Source of the DNA: Octopus sinensis
Taxonomy: Eukaryota
Direction: 5' to 3'
NCBI RefSeq assembly: GCF_006345805.1
Contig: NC_043003.1
Location: forward strand, 77,190,001 to 77,254,000
DNA: 64,000 nt
The position numbers and the translations under genes are program-made. Positions within the stretch are counted from its first letter, which is position 1, and each line of letters starts with the position of its first letter. The notes beneath the pieces were generated by a model, which worked only from the letters and a program-made list of their open reading frames with translations, did not search any database and was not told the DNA's origin. Below are positions 39,845 to 52,633 of this stretch, piece by piece.

Positions 39845-39908
<64 letters not shown>

Positions 39909-40030
39909 GTATGTAAATAATGCAATTTTTACTATACGTTTACATCATGTACTATGTGGATAGATGTGTATCTAAATTCATGTTTTGTGTATGTTTAAAC
40001 ATATATATATATACAAACACATAAAAATTA

Positions 40031-40393
40031 GGGAATGGAGTAGATAAAATACAGGCTACATAGGTGTCATAGCTAGCGGAACCTCGGAAGTAGTAATTAT
40101 CCAGACTAGGGATAAATCATAAGCCACTCTTCAGGTCAAGGATACCTTGACTACATGAAGTTTACATTGTAGTCATGAGATCTCGTCTTAACTGAATGGG
40201 AATTCGATCGAAGTGCGATCGGATCCCCCTGCGAATTAACATAGAATCTCCTAACGAAAATATACACTTCATGTAGATAAGTTATCCTTGGCCTGAAGAG
40301 TAGCTTGCGGTCTACGCCTCGTTTGGATAATTACTACTTCCGAGGTTCCGCTAATGAAACACATGTACCTTGGATTTTATCTGCTCCATTCCC
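40031..40393. mobile_element. MITE with long (about 130 bp) imperfect TIRs, TA-flanked
   Basis: TA|GGGAATGGAGTAGATAAAAT...ATTTTATCTGCTCCATTCCC|TA; inner arms tagcggaacctcggaagtagtaattatcca / tggataattactacttccgaggttccgcta. Confidence 0.75.
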
Positions 40394-40610
40394 TAATTTG
40401 GGGATGTTTATTCGCATATACAACAACTCCAGTTGCTAACTGTGAATTATAAAATAAGCTTTAATCGATACCGGAATAATTCACAGCTTACTATGCCAAT
40501 AGACCACTATTGTTCCAGAAAGTTGTTTTTATATCTTCTACGGACTGTTCGAAGCTCAGTAACTTCCTGCCCCTTGATCCTTAGCTCTTACCTTGACATA
40601 GCTATCTATT

Positions 40611-40694
<84 letters not shown>

Positions 40695-40749
40695 ATATAT
40701 AACAATGATAAATATCAAAGTGAGTTATATACAGTAGCGGTAACACATC

Positions 40750-41078
40750 GTGACGTATTTTTCCATTTCAATATGGCTAACTCCTAAGGGTGGATGCTAC
40801 TGTAGTTTTTAGCCCCAGGAGGACACACTCCTCCAGCTGGCCATAGACACACTTTCTGTGTCCTGTCAGTATTTGCAAGGGAAGTCATCCTTCCCGTCTT
40901 CAACTTATGATACACACGTGTATCATAAGTTGAAGACGGGAAGGATGACTTCCCTTTGCAAATACTGACAGGACACAGAAAGTGTGTCTATGGCCAGCTG
41001 GAGGATGTGTCCTCCTGGGCTAAAAACTACAGTAGCATCCACCCTTAGGAGTTAGCCATATTGAAATGGCAAAATACG

Positions 41079-41082
<4 letters not shown>
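40750..41082. repeat. Near-perfect 333-bp palindrome (about 165-bp arms, 2-nt spacer)
   Basis: Centre ...tatgatacac-ac-gtgtatcata...; arms match out to gtgacgtattt / aaatacgtcac with a few indels. Confidence 0.92.
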
Positions 41083-41119
<37 letters not shown>

Positions 41120-41123
<4 letters not shown>

Positions 41124-41466
41124 CTTTTACTTCCTTCGGTCATGAATGACCATGAGATTGCACCTAGAAAGTTACCCTCCGAGGCACAAGTCTGGGCACG
41201 GTTGTTTATGGAAGACCAGCTGTCGCCCACTCATAACAGCCTCCCCTCTCCACGCCACCAGTGTTATCCAAGGGAAAGGCAAAGGCCGATACAGCTTGGC
41301 ACCAGTGACGTCGCAGGTCATTTATTAACGTGCAAGTGGCTGAGCACTCCACAGACACGTGTAGCCTTAACGTAGTTCACCACCCCCTGCCTGAGTCTCG
41401 TGGAGCTTTAGGTGTTTTCCCTCAATCAACACTCACAATACCCAAACCACTGGGTCATTGCGCCTC

Positions 41467-41470
<4 letters not shown>
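41120..41470 (-). mobile_element. Composite of SINE fragments
   Basis: Includes a family-A head remnant (ctcgtggagcttt...gggtcattgcgcctccac) and a SINE-like body. Confidence 0.5.
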
Positions 41471-41536
<66 letters not shown>

Positions 41537-41539
41537 TAT

Positions 41540-41571
<32 letters not shown>

Positions 41572-41587
41572 AGTATGTATGTATATA

Positions 41588-42415
41588 CTAGCTGACGTAC
41601 CCGGTAATTCCCGGGAAAGTAGGGTTTATACCTTGATTCCGTTCTCATAATTGTTTCGCTAATCCAATAATAACAATACAAAGTATGTAGCCCTTAAAAC
41701 TGCTTTTGTGCATTTACAGAGAATACCGAACTGCCTTATGCAGGATCTTATTGTTTAGGAATTCCCAATAAGTTATAAATACCCAAATTGTGAAGTCAGT
41801 TATGTAATAACACGGAATTAGTTACCCGATAGTAAGGATTCAAATAAAGTAGCCCCGAAAATGGCTTTAATGCGTTGCCAGAGTATATAGAACATAGGAG
41901 GAAATACTAAGGTATGTATACTAAAATTATGATGCAAGTTACGTAATATCAGATTAATCAGATATGAGATAATAACAATTCAAAGTAAATAACTCTGAAA
42001 AGGGCTTTTGTGCGTTCCCAGAGAACATTACCCTCAGGGGCACTAGTATTGGTGTATTCATGATTAAGTCAGTAACTGAAATAAGGGGATCTATCGTTTA
42101 GGAAAATACTATTCACTTGTTTATGGGTTGTATTGGATAAATTGCGAAAATAACCCTAACGATTCAATAAGAAATAAGCATAATCAATTTTATTTTTACT
42201 AAATAATTTAGGAAAATTGGCTATATATAAGGATCCCTTCCAGGGACCCTATTATCGATTTTTTTTTCAACAATCTGAGTATGGCATACGGTTTCCAGAC
42301 ATGAGTTCTGCTTATGTGTCAAGTTTCACCAAAATCGATAAAACGATCTAGGAGGAGTTAGCTAACAACTCCACAAACTCACCCACAGACAGAATTTCCC
42401 ACATATGTAGTATAT
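41588..42415 (-). mobile_element. Non-autonomous Helitron/Helentron-like element with internal tandem subrepeats
   Basis: CTAG|T terminus with a cccgg/ccggg hairpin at the left; aagtttcaccaaaatcg...acagacag motif at the right; three related internal blocks. Confidence 0.55.
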
Positions 42416-42419
42416 GTAC

Positions 42420-42457
<38 letters not shown>

Positions 42458-42989
42458 AAATATTATTCATATTATACAGAAAAAATAAAATGTATGAATA
42501 ATATTTTGTCTAATGACCAATTCGTCTTTTGTGCTGGGCCACTGGTAGTAATCCATATTATTACCCTTTGTTTATATATATATATATATGTATTTTTACA
42601 TACAAAACTTAAAGGACTGACCACTAAAAGTGGACGGTCAACATGCTAGATATAGACGTCAAATCGCTATTTTCCACAAAGAATATGTTCTCAAATAAAA
42701 ACCCAGCACAAACCAAACCATTAAAAATAAGCAAACCAAATGAAAATATACGAAATAAAAATGATTACCTATGTACCGATCAGTTTCGATTGTTATTATC
42801 CACGCATGTGGATACCTGCAATCTCATCAGCATAGTCTGTCATATAGAAATACAATTTGCAGGACTAGATATAAAATGTATATATATACATGAAATACAA
42901 ATATATATGCTTACATACAAAAAGGTCTGACTTACACAGAATACAAATGATATTGAGAATTAAAGGGGATGAAGGAAAGTATTACAAAT

Positions 42990-44560
42990 CCAACGGCTTT
43001 TTCTGGGAGCTCGGTGGTCCAAAATAATGTTTGTTGTTGATTGATTCCATCGTAGGATGAGACGAGCCTCCGTCTTCAGGGAAGATATCTTTCAGTTGAG
43101 GTGTTAAATGAAAGAAGCTCAAGGATGAAATGATTTTGTGGAGAGTTAAGTGTATTAGAGGAAGGAATTGGAGTGAAGTGTATTCAGATAGGGCATAGTG
43201 AGAGGAGAAAATAAATTTCAAGAGTGAAGGGTTAATAAGGAGGCTAGTAAGGAGTTATAGTAGTAGGGTGGGAATTAGGAGGAAGAGGGGAGAGTGGTGT
43301 GCATTGTATGTGAATGGTAGTCTATTGTGTTAGTTTGTACGAAGGGTATAGAATTAAAGGTTGAGACAGAGAGAAAGGGAATGGCCGTTATTTGAGGGAA
43401 ATAAGTTGACTGGTTCGGTGGCTGAGAGAGATTACTTAGGTATGTAGAGAGGTATGAGAGAATATAGATGGGATGGAGAGAGTGGGACTGAGTTGATAGT
43501 CGATATACTAGTGGTTAGTGGGACAAAGGAATTGGGTTAGCGTTGAAGAGGGGGTGCAATGGTATGCAGAGGTGTACGAAATTGAATGCAGGGAAGTGAA
43601 TAAGGAAGGGGTAGAGTTTGACAGGCTAGCCGTATTTCATCAGCCGTTACGTTCTGAGTTCAAATTCCGCCGAGGTCGACTTTGCCAAGGCGGCAAGCTG
43701 GCAGAAACGTTAGCACGCCGGGCGAAATGCGTAGCCGTATTTCGCCTGCCGTTACGTTCTGAGTTCAAATTCCGCCGAGGTCGACTTTGCCTTTCATCCT
43801 TTCGGGGTCGATAAATTAAGTACCAGTTACGCACTGGGGTCGATGTAATCGACTTAATCCGTTTGTCTGTCCTTGTTTGTCCCCTCTGTGTTTAACCCTT
43901 GTGGGTAATAAAGAAATAGGTTAGTATCCAAAGGAGTGGGGTAGAATTAAGTACTTTTGATAAGGAGGAGAAAAACGAGGTTACTTAAGAGGGTGGGATG
44001 GTTATGAAGGAAGTGGAAAATAATGGTTTAGAAGAATTTGGAAAGGTAAGTATGAGTAAAATTAATAGGGGGTAGTATTTGTTGAGGTTGCAAGGCTGAC
44101 TTTGTTTTAGTTCAAGGTAATTTTGAATACGGATATTTATTATTATGGGATTACATAGATTTAATAAAATGCGTGAATAATAAGTAGTACCTGTGTTTAC
44201 ATGACAACATTACATCTGAGAAGCTATTCAGTAGTGAGAGATTGTGGAGGCGAAGAACGGTTAACGATTCTCTTAAACATAATTTATATATACCGGTGTT
44301 TGCATTGTAAGGGGGATTTTCGCTTACTATGGACCAGGATAGAGTAAATGGAATATTTTGAGATTTAAGGTTGTGTATATAAGTTGCTAAGGAGGTTGAT
44401 AATTTAGAATTTGGATTGGAGAAAGAGTTCATGTGTGCACGGTAGCGGCGCTTGGAATCAACTGTACAACTGATATATATATATCTTTGTTTGGTGGGAG
44501 CATGGTGTTATAACACGGCACTTGTAGACTACATATTTACGTGCACTGAAGCCTCCAAGA
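42990..44560 (-). mobile_element. Penelope-like element 3' region (GIY-YIG endonuclease C-terminus, 3' UTR and pLTR), interrupted by a SINE
   Basis: ORF 44151-44432 TSLATYIHNLK...SWSIV...YKLCLRESL...LLNS...SCKH matches the Penelope EN tail (LS.YIW.LK...W.I...C.LCL.EK...LLN.R...CRH); CCTGAAGACGG pLTR motif at about 43070. Confidence 0.75.
43625..43920 (+). mobile_element. Family-B SINE with partial tandem duplication
   Basis: gttacgttctgagttcaaattccgccgaggtcgactttgcc occurs twice. Confidence 0.85.
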
Positions 44561-45466
44561 GGGCATAGTTGAGAAATCCGACTACCAGCTCCGCGGTATC
44601 AGTGAAGGAGAACCCGAAGTACTATCAGTATCAGTATTGGATTGGGAGGTGGTACGTATATTTAGCGGTCAAGCATGGCGAATAGTTAGAAAAAAGTTTG
44701 AAACAAGAGGTTGGAAGAAAGGGAGAAAATAAAGTGGTGGTGATCCCAAACGAAGGTACGCGTGCGTGTGTGTGTATGTGAGAATGGTATGTGTGAATGT
44801 GTGTGTGTGTATGAGTGTATGTGTGTGCGCGCATGAATAAGGGCTAGTGATTTTGACGTGTGTGATATATATTTGTATGCAATGCATGTTTAAAATTCTT
44901 TTACATCGCCTACATAGATGTTCCGATTACAACTAGAGTTTAGTCAGTCTCAAGTGGTGCTATAGAGTGCTTGACCATCACACACTCTTATTAGATAGTT
45001 ATTGATACTATAGTGGGTTATTTTTCTCCTATCAGATTTCTTACAATCCTTCTTACTAGGCTATCCCAATGAATCGGTGGTCGGCGACAACCTGACTGCG
45101 ATCACATTGGATTACATACTACCAATAGCGTTCATTTGTGACTTCATATACGCATGCATACACATAAATACAAATACACACATACAGACACATGCAAGCA
45201 TATAAGTAATTATACATACAAGTATACAGACGCATATATATACAAACATATATATATACACATGCATACATACGTACATACATAAATACATACATATCTG
45301 TACAGACATACCCATGCACGCACACAAACACGCACGCACACACACACACATATATAAATGAATACATATGTCCATATATATGCATATACAAAATTAAAAA
45401 TTAGTGCACATATATAGATACTTGTAAACACACACATACATATATGCATGTGTATGTGTATTTATA

Positions 45467-45514
<48 letters not shown>

Positions 45515-46422
45515 CAAATATATAAACGGAAAATGGGTTTACATATATACATTTAAACATACGCGTTCACACACACACAATATGCATATATACGCACGCA
45601 CTGTATGAGCAGTACCATCTTTACAGAAACAGCTATCAAAGGCAGTGAACCAACTTCCTCATCAGAGAAGATGGTGCCATTTACATGGACGCGAAGAAGA
45701 CGCTCAGTTGCATTTGGTGTACTATAATAAATAATATTTTGTTTCAATTAACTAAAAAGAAATTCTAGAAAGATAGGAAATTATGAAATTATGATTCTAG
45801 AGCAGATGAAGAAAAGAAACGGGAAAATTAGGTTTAGGTTATTATTTTTGTCGTATCTCATGTTTGTGTACACAGAGTATTAAGATGCCGACTTAATATC
45901 TTTTCTCACGATAATTCAATCGAGATAAGAGCGTGCTTGCAAAAATAAGCATTGTAACCTAAGAGAAAACAAATTTTAGAAATAGAAGAAATTATGAATT
46001 TATCATTCTATCGTGTCGAATGTTTGTATAGACTGAGTATTATGATGGAGACACTGATCACTCCGTTATTAAGAAGAGACCAGAGAAGAAGTTCTAAACA
46101 TTGGCTACCTCAAAAAATAGTTACTTTACAGTAACTGATGGCTGTTCAACTCCAAAGAAGTGATTACTGTAAAACGTAAAATGGGAAAAGCTACATTAAG
46201 GAATGTGCTGCTGAATCGTATTGCCTAATCTGAAAATAATGAGTACCAATCTAATATGGAGACCAATATAATCAAGTCTTCAGGAACCACCAACCCCTCT
46301 CTGAGTATCCCTGCCCTTCTGCCTATGTAAAAATCATTACATTTATTGTCCTTTTGCTTCCTACTATTATCTGCTATGAGTTTTGTTGTCCATCTACTTA
46401 TTTATATAAACAAAGAAAATTT

Positions 46423-46495
46423 GGGGGTTGGTAGCTCAGTTGGTTAGGGACCCGGTTCTGGGAAACTGTAAATCGAGCATTCGAGTCTGCCTAAA
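46423..46495 (+). pseudogene. Degenerate tRNA-like sequence (pseudo-tRNA or orphan SINE head)
   Basis: A-box-like TAGCTCAGTTGGTTAG and B-box-like ATTCGAGTC; cloverleaf pairing is poor and no isotype can be assigned. Confidence 0.35.
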
Positions 46496-46554
46496 GCATT
46501 TAACAACGCTTCGTTTTTAGACCTTTGCATTTATCAAATAAAGCTAGCTTTCAT

Positions 46555-46555
46555 G

Positions 46556-46588
<33 letters not shown>

Positions 46589-46614
46589 GCAGGCAGACAG
46601 ACAGGCAGGCAGGC

Positions 46615-46651
<37 letters not shown>

Positions 46652-46658
46652 GGTAGAT

Positions 46659-46711
<53 letters not shown>
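46555..46711. repeat. (GACA)n/(GGCA)n/(GATA)n tract at the Tx1 3' junction
   Basis: Direct reading. Confidence 0.95.
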
Positions 46712-47649
46712 TGTTTCTTTATTAGCCACACAGGGCTGCACACAGATAGAACAAATTACAAGGTAGAGCTTTTCTTTTGAAGGTTAAAAAAAAAAAAAAA
46801 GGGAAGGGGGAGTTTCGATCAAAAGGGATCGTAAAAGGAGAGAAAGAGGACAAAAAAAAGGGGGTTAAAAAAAGGGGGAGAGGAAAAGGGGGAGAAGAAA
46901 AGCCTACGGAAAAGACCACGGTAACCTCGGTCAATGAAGTCACATGTTATATTTCTTTTTTTTTATTTTTTGCAAATAAGCAACTCTCTGTTTTCAATTT
47001 CTGGGTTCATAGGATTATGCTCAAGGTGGCTTCGTCATTCATACGTGCCATTCTTGCTACATTCACCCATCTTTTTTTAAAACATTCGCTAGACAAAACT
47101 TGCCTCTCTACTCTCACTTTCCTCTTCAAGTGGTACTTGAAGAAGTTGATGAGAGATTGACCAGAGAGGAAAGTGTTTGTCTCCAATCCTTTCAGACGCG
47201 TCCACCAGATACATTCTTTCGCCATAGCCACAAGGATGATGAAAATAGCTCTTCCTTCCCGTTTGAAGGAAGGAGGCGTGACAATATTGACGATAGACTC
47301 AGCTGATAAACCGACTCGTCCCACACGTGACAGTAGTTGTTCGACACAAGCTCACAGGTCGGAAATTGTTGGACACTGCACGAGTGCGTGCAGAACGGTT
47401 TCGTCGCTCTGACCGCATCTCGGGCAGGTCGGCCCCGTGTTTCTCGAGCCGTGTCTGTAGAGCTTATCCCGAACGGGTAGCGCTTCTCGGTAGCACTGCC
47501 AGGCCAGGGATCTCTGGAAGTTGTCCATGGGCCCTGGCCCGAAAGTCGTCCTGAACAGGCGGATCAGGTACTCCTCGTCGACGTCCAGGTTCGCCCGGAG
47601 CTCGTCGTCGTACCTCCCCTCCACTAAACCCCTATAGAATGCTTTGGTT
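46712..47649 (-). mobile_element. 5'-truncated copy (about 940 bp) of the same Tx1 family as 4601-7946
   Basis: Same 3' end tgtttctttattagccacacagggctgc; ORF 47007-47324 nearly identical to the ORF2 C-terminus; about 75-bp deletion in the 3' UTR. Confidence 0.95.
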
Positions 47650-47724
<75 letters not shown>

Positions 47725-47725
47725 T
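47650..47725. repeat. (GATA)n tract at the Tx1 5' junction
   Basis: Direct reading. Confidence 0.95.
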
Positions 47726-48010
47726 AGACACACACACACACACATACAACGATAAATTGATAGATACAACTGAGTGGGCAAACAAAAATATGAGACACAG
47801 ACTAGTGCTTTTTTATGTTGATAAGCCTAGTACTTAATCTATTAGTTTGTTCTTGTGAAACCAGTAAGTTATGTGGATGTAAATAAATGAACAGCAGTTG
47901 TGAAGCAGTGATGAGGGCGAAACACAGAGACAAAGACACACATACACTTACATATATACATATATATACGATTGATTTGTTTCAGTTCCTGTCTACGAAA
48001 TACATATATA

Positions 48011-50740
48011 TTGTTGTTGGCATCCTTTTTGTCTCGGGAGACAATGGAGTTGCGCATAAAATAATCTAGCCCGGCTTTTACATTTCATGTCCTAATACGT
48101 CTCCTGCTGTGGCTGTGTAGTCCTATCCTGGACAAACACTCCCGCTGGCAGGTGCCGCAAATGTAGCGAAGACATTGCCTGGCTGGTTGTAATGTCATAC
48201 TTTCTTGTTGACGTCTTTTCTTGTCTTTCCATTTCTCCTTTCTCTCTATGTCACTCCTTTGTGTTCCCTCTTTTACGGTACGTCGCCAATCTCCACAGTT
48301 GCTGGCAACTGCTTCCCAGTTGGTAATATTGATGTTGCAGGCATCCATGTCCCTTTTGCAAACATCCTTGTATCGTAAAAACGGTCTTCCCACAGACCCA
48401 GTGCCCCTAGCAAGCTCTCCGTTGAGTATGTCCTTGGGGATTCTGCCATCTTCCATACAGCTAACATGTCCAAGCCATCTCATACGTCTTTGTGTGAGGA
48501 GTGCAAACATGCTTGGTATTCCTGCTTGCTTGAGGACATCTTTGTTTGGGACATGATTCTGCTATTTGATGCGGAGGATTTTCCGGAGGCAGCGCAGGTG
48601 AAAGATATTAAGGCGACGTATGGTGTCGTATGGCGTGTGTATGGCGTCCAAGTCTCACTTCTATTCAGTAGAGTGCTAAGTACACATGCCTGGTAAATCT
48701 TCATTTTTGTGGTCTTGGTCAGCTTATTGTCCCATGCCGGTTTGGTGAGTTGGGCCATCACAGCAGCTGCTTTGCCAATGCGTATATTGAGCTCAGCATC
48801 AAGGGATAGGTTGTAGGTGACGGTAGAGCCAAGATAAGTAAACTTCTCCACCTCCTGTACTCTGTGGCCTCCAATATGTATGTTTGGGATGTCCAATGTA
48901 GCCTGACCCATGATGTCGGTCTTCTTGAGTCTGATAACTAAGCCAAAGTTGCCAAATGCTTGCTCAAAACAGTTGATGAGCCTTTGTAGGGCTTCTTCTG
49001 TGTGTGATACCAGAGCGGCATCATCAGCAAATAGCATCTCCTTGATCAAGACGCTTCTGATTTTGGTCTTGGCACGCAGACGCGAGAGATTGAACAGTTT
49101 CCCATCACTTCTACTGTGCAGAAACACTCCATCATCTGATGTCTGAAAGGCATGTGAGAGCAGCAGCGAGAAGATGCCAAATAATGCAGGAGCAAGGACA
49201 CAACCTTGCTTTACCCCATTTTTTATTTGGAAGGCGGCTGATGTTGAACCATTGTGCTGAATGGTGCCTTGCATATCAGCATGGAAAGATTTGATGATCC
49301 TCAGCAGCTTTGGTGAACATCCGATATTTTGGAGCAGGATGAAAAGGCCTTTTCTACTTACCAAGTCAAAGTCCTTTGTCAGATCAATGAAGGCCATATA
49401 TAATGGCATTTTCTGCTCTCTGGACTTCTCCTGAAGTTGGCGTATGGAGAATATCATGTCAATAGTTGATCTGCTTCTTCTAAAGCCACACTGCGATTCT
49501 GGATAAATTCGAGAAGCAGTTAGTTGCAGCCTGGACAGGATAAATGCGAGCAGAGGCCTTTCCAACAGTGCTTAGAAGAGATATTCCACGTTAATTGTTA
49601 CAATCACCACGGTCACCTTTATTTTTGTAAACCGTAATGATGTTAGCATCCCGCATATTCTGAGGGACTGTACCCTCTTCCCAGCACTGACACAGAAGCT
49701 CATGAATGTGCCGAAACAGGATGGTGTTTTCGCCAGTTTTGATGATCTCTAAGGGGATGCCGTCTTTTCCCGGAGCCTTGTTACTTGCTAGGGAGTCAAT
49801 GGACTTGGTGAGCTCTGCTATAGATGGCAGACTGCCAAGTTCACACATGACCGGCAAGATCTTGACATCCTCAATTGCAGCATCAGCTACCGTGGTCTCT
49901 CGTGAGTAGAGATCCTGGAAGTATTCCATCCATGTATCCATTTGCTTGATTTGGTCCTTGATGAGATCCCCAGTAGTTGATTTCAGAGGGGCTGACTTGG
50001 TTGCGGATGGACCGAGGGCCTTCTTCAAAACGGCATACATCCCACGGGAGTCGCCACTGTCAGCAGATGAATGGATACTGTGACAGATTTCCTGCCAATA
50101 CCTATTTGCACAGCGTCTGGCAGTCAGTTGGGTTTTATTTCTTGCCTTTCTGAGTTCTCCGAGTGACTTTGTAGAAGAATCACTCTTGTATTGCATCTGA
50201 GCTGCACACTTTGCTTCAATAACTGTTTCCAGCTCTGAGAGCCCAGCACTGAACAAAATCTGGGTTTTGCTTTCTCTCATGCCGAAAGTATGTATTGATG
50301 TGGTATACAAAGCTTCCCTGATATAATTTCACCTACTTTTAGCAGAGGAGGTTGGGCAGCTACTGAGGGCAACCTTGATAGAAACAGCAAAACATTGTCG
50401 CAGTGTAGGGTCCGAGGTTCTGGCAGTGTTAATGCGTGGTCGGTCCATTTTCTTGGAGTGATGGACTTTTTTTAGGCAGAATCCTCACCCTGCATCTTAT
50501 TAGTGAATGATCTGTGTCACAATCCACGCTGTGGTAACTACGGTTCAGTTGAACAAAATTCAGAAAGAATATTTGTGTAATGATGAGATCCAGCTGATGC
50601 CAGTGGTGAGATCTTGGATGTCTCCAAGACGCCTTGTTGGATGTCTTGTTGGCAAAGAATGTGTTGGTGATGCACAAGTTATGGTATGTGAAAAATTCAA
50701 GTAGCCTCTGACCATTGTCATTCATGTTGCCAATACCAAA
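48011..50740 (-). mobile_element. RTE-clade LINE, 5'-truncated in the endonuclease, decayed
   Basis: EN motifs NDNGQRLLEF, WRHPRSHHWHQLD, DCDTDHSL; RT motifs KAPGKDGIP, PESQCGFR, FIDLTKDFD, GVKQGCVLAP, LFADD; C-terminal CGTCQRECLSRIGLHSH; RTE-type 3' end GAGACAAAAAGGATGCC(AAC)n. Confidence 0.93.
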
Positions 50741-50829
50741 ACACATACACTTACATATATACATACATATATATACGATTGATTTATTTCAGTTCCTGTC
50801 CACGAAATCCATGTATATATATGTATGTA

Positions 50830-51240
50830 TGTATACACACACACACACACATACAAAGATAGATTGATAGATACAACTGAGTGGGCAAACAAAAATGTGA
50901 GACACTGCGTAGTGCTTTTTTAAAATTTTGATAAGCCTGGTACTTATTCTATCAGTTTCTTTTTGTGAAACCAGTAAGTTATGGGGATATAAATAAACGA
51001 ACACCAGTTGTGAAGCAGTGATGAGGGAGAAACACAAAGACACACACATAGACTTACATATATTCATACATATACATACAATTGATTTCTTTCAGTTTCT
51101 GCCTACAAAATCCACTGACAAGGCTTCGGTTGGTCTGAGGCTATAGCAGAAGACACATGCAAAGTTACCACACAGTGGGACTGAACTGAGGACCATGTGT
51201 TTTGGAACCAAGTTTGTTACCACACAGCCACACCTGCACC
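50830..51240 (-). mobile_element. Family-C SINE
   Basis: Ends ...gttaccacacagccacacctgcacc (reverse complement of the family-C head). Confidence 0.75.
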
Positions 51241-51564
51241 TATGTATGTGTGGGGGGATCGGTGTGCGTGTATGGGTGTATATATATGTATGCTCGTATA
51301 TATGTGTATATATATATGTGTACATATTACATGTACATCTATATATATACATCTAAACATACATGTATATCTATAAAAATACATCTATACATATACAGCT
51401 ATACATATACATGTATACATATACATCTAGAGATAGCAGTATTTGAGTACATAAATGTATATGTTGATATATAGTGATTTCGGGCTCAAACAGAAGAGCA
51501 CAATATTTTGTGATGAGAAGTTAGTAGATAGAAAACGTGAGAAAACCTGTCAGATTTGTGTATG

Positions 51565-51785
51565 CAGAAACGTTAGCACGCCGGGCGAAATACTTAGCAG
51601 TATTTCGTCTGCCGTTACATTCTGAGTTCAAATTCCGCCGAGGTCGACTTTGCCTTTCATCCTTTCGGGGTCGATTAAATAAGTACCAGTTGAGTACTGG
51701 GGGTCGATGTATTCGACTTAATCTCTTTGTCTGTCCTTGTTTGTCCCCTCTATGATTAGCCCCCTGTGGGCAGTAAAGAAATAAG
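51565..51785 (+). mobile_element. Family-B SINE
   Basis: gcagaaacgttagcacgccgggcgaaa...gtaaagaaataag. Confidence 0.85.
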
Positions 51786-52394
51786 ATTTGTGTATGCTTG
51801 TGTTTGGGTCTGTTATAATCGTTGCATTGAACAAAATTAATTCGTATTATTTGTCTATGTTTCGGCGGTTACATTCATGTCCACCAAGGTCGACTTTGCA
51901 ATTGTTTCTCGATGTTAAAATACCTGACAATGAACGATGGTAATATAAGCGAATAAAATCGTGACTGAAACCTGCAGATGAATAAAGGTATAAAATAACA
52001 TATAGTCGGACATTCCAGTGTTAGCCATTAATTCCTTGTCACAAATGACTATGTTCTAGAGTAATTACCTCCAACTGTATGCTCTCGACCGTTAACGTCA
52101 AATATGATGTATTATAAACATAATCCTTGTCACTACACCAGAAAGTCACTTTTAACGGATTATCTTAGATTTATCAATTATCAATAGATAAGATTCTAAC
52201 AAGCCTTTATAAATAGCTGAACCTGCTCTCTAGCAAATTATTTCATAATCCCACCTTTAGTAACACTACTGATATAACTTGATTTTGGTCAATCGATCGA
52301 ATTCCTCTCATATATCTATATCTTTGATATACATTTCACTTGCATTATATTTCGATATTATTATCTTTTATAGCAAACATAATACGCACAAGTA

Positions 52395-52588
52395 TGGCTG
52401 TGTGGTAATAAGTTTACATCCGAATCGCACGGTTCTGAGTTCAGTCTCACTGCATGACACCTTGGGCTTGTATCTTTTGCTATAGCCCCCAAAAAATATA
52501 TATATATACACACATTTTTTTTTTTTGCTATTTTTTGCTAAAACCCAAAAGTTTTGTTAGTGGATGTGGTAAACGGAAAGTAAGCCCA

Positions 52589-52633
<45 letters not shown>

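Noticed and set aside
45600-45725. Possible exon (TPNATERLLRVHVNGTIFSDEEVGSLPLIAVSVK) on the minus strand
   Set aside because: Weak donor, no recognisable family and no partner exons.
46423-46495. Functional tRNA gene
   Set aside because: Acceptor, D and T stems pair poorly; kept only as a low-confidence pseudo-tRNA.
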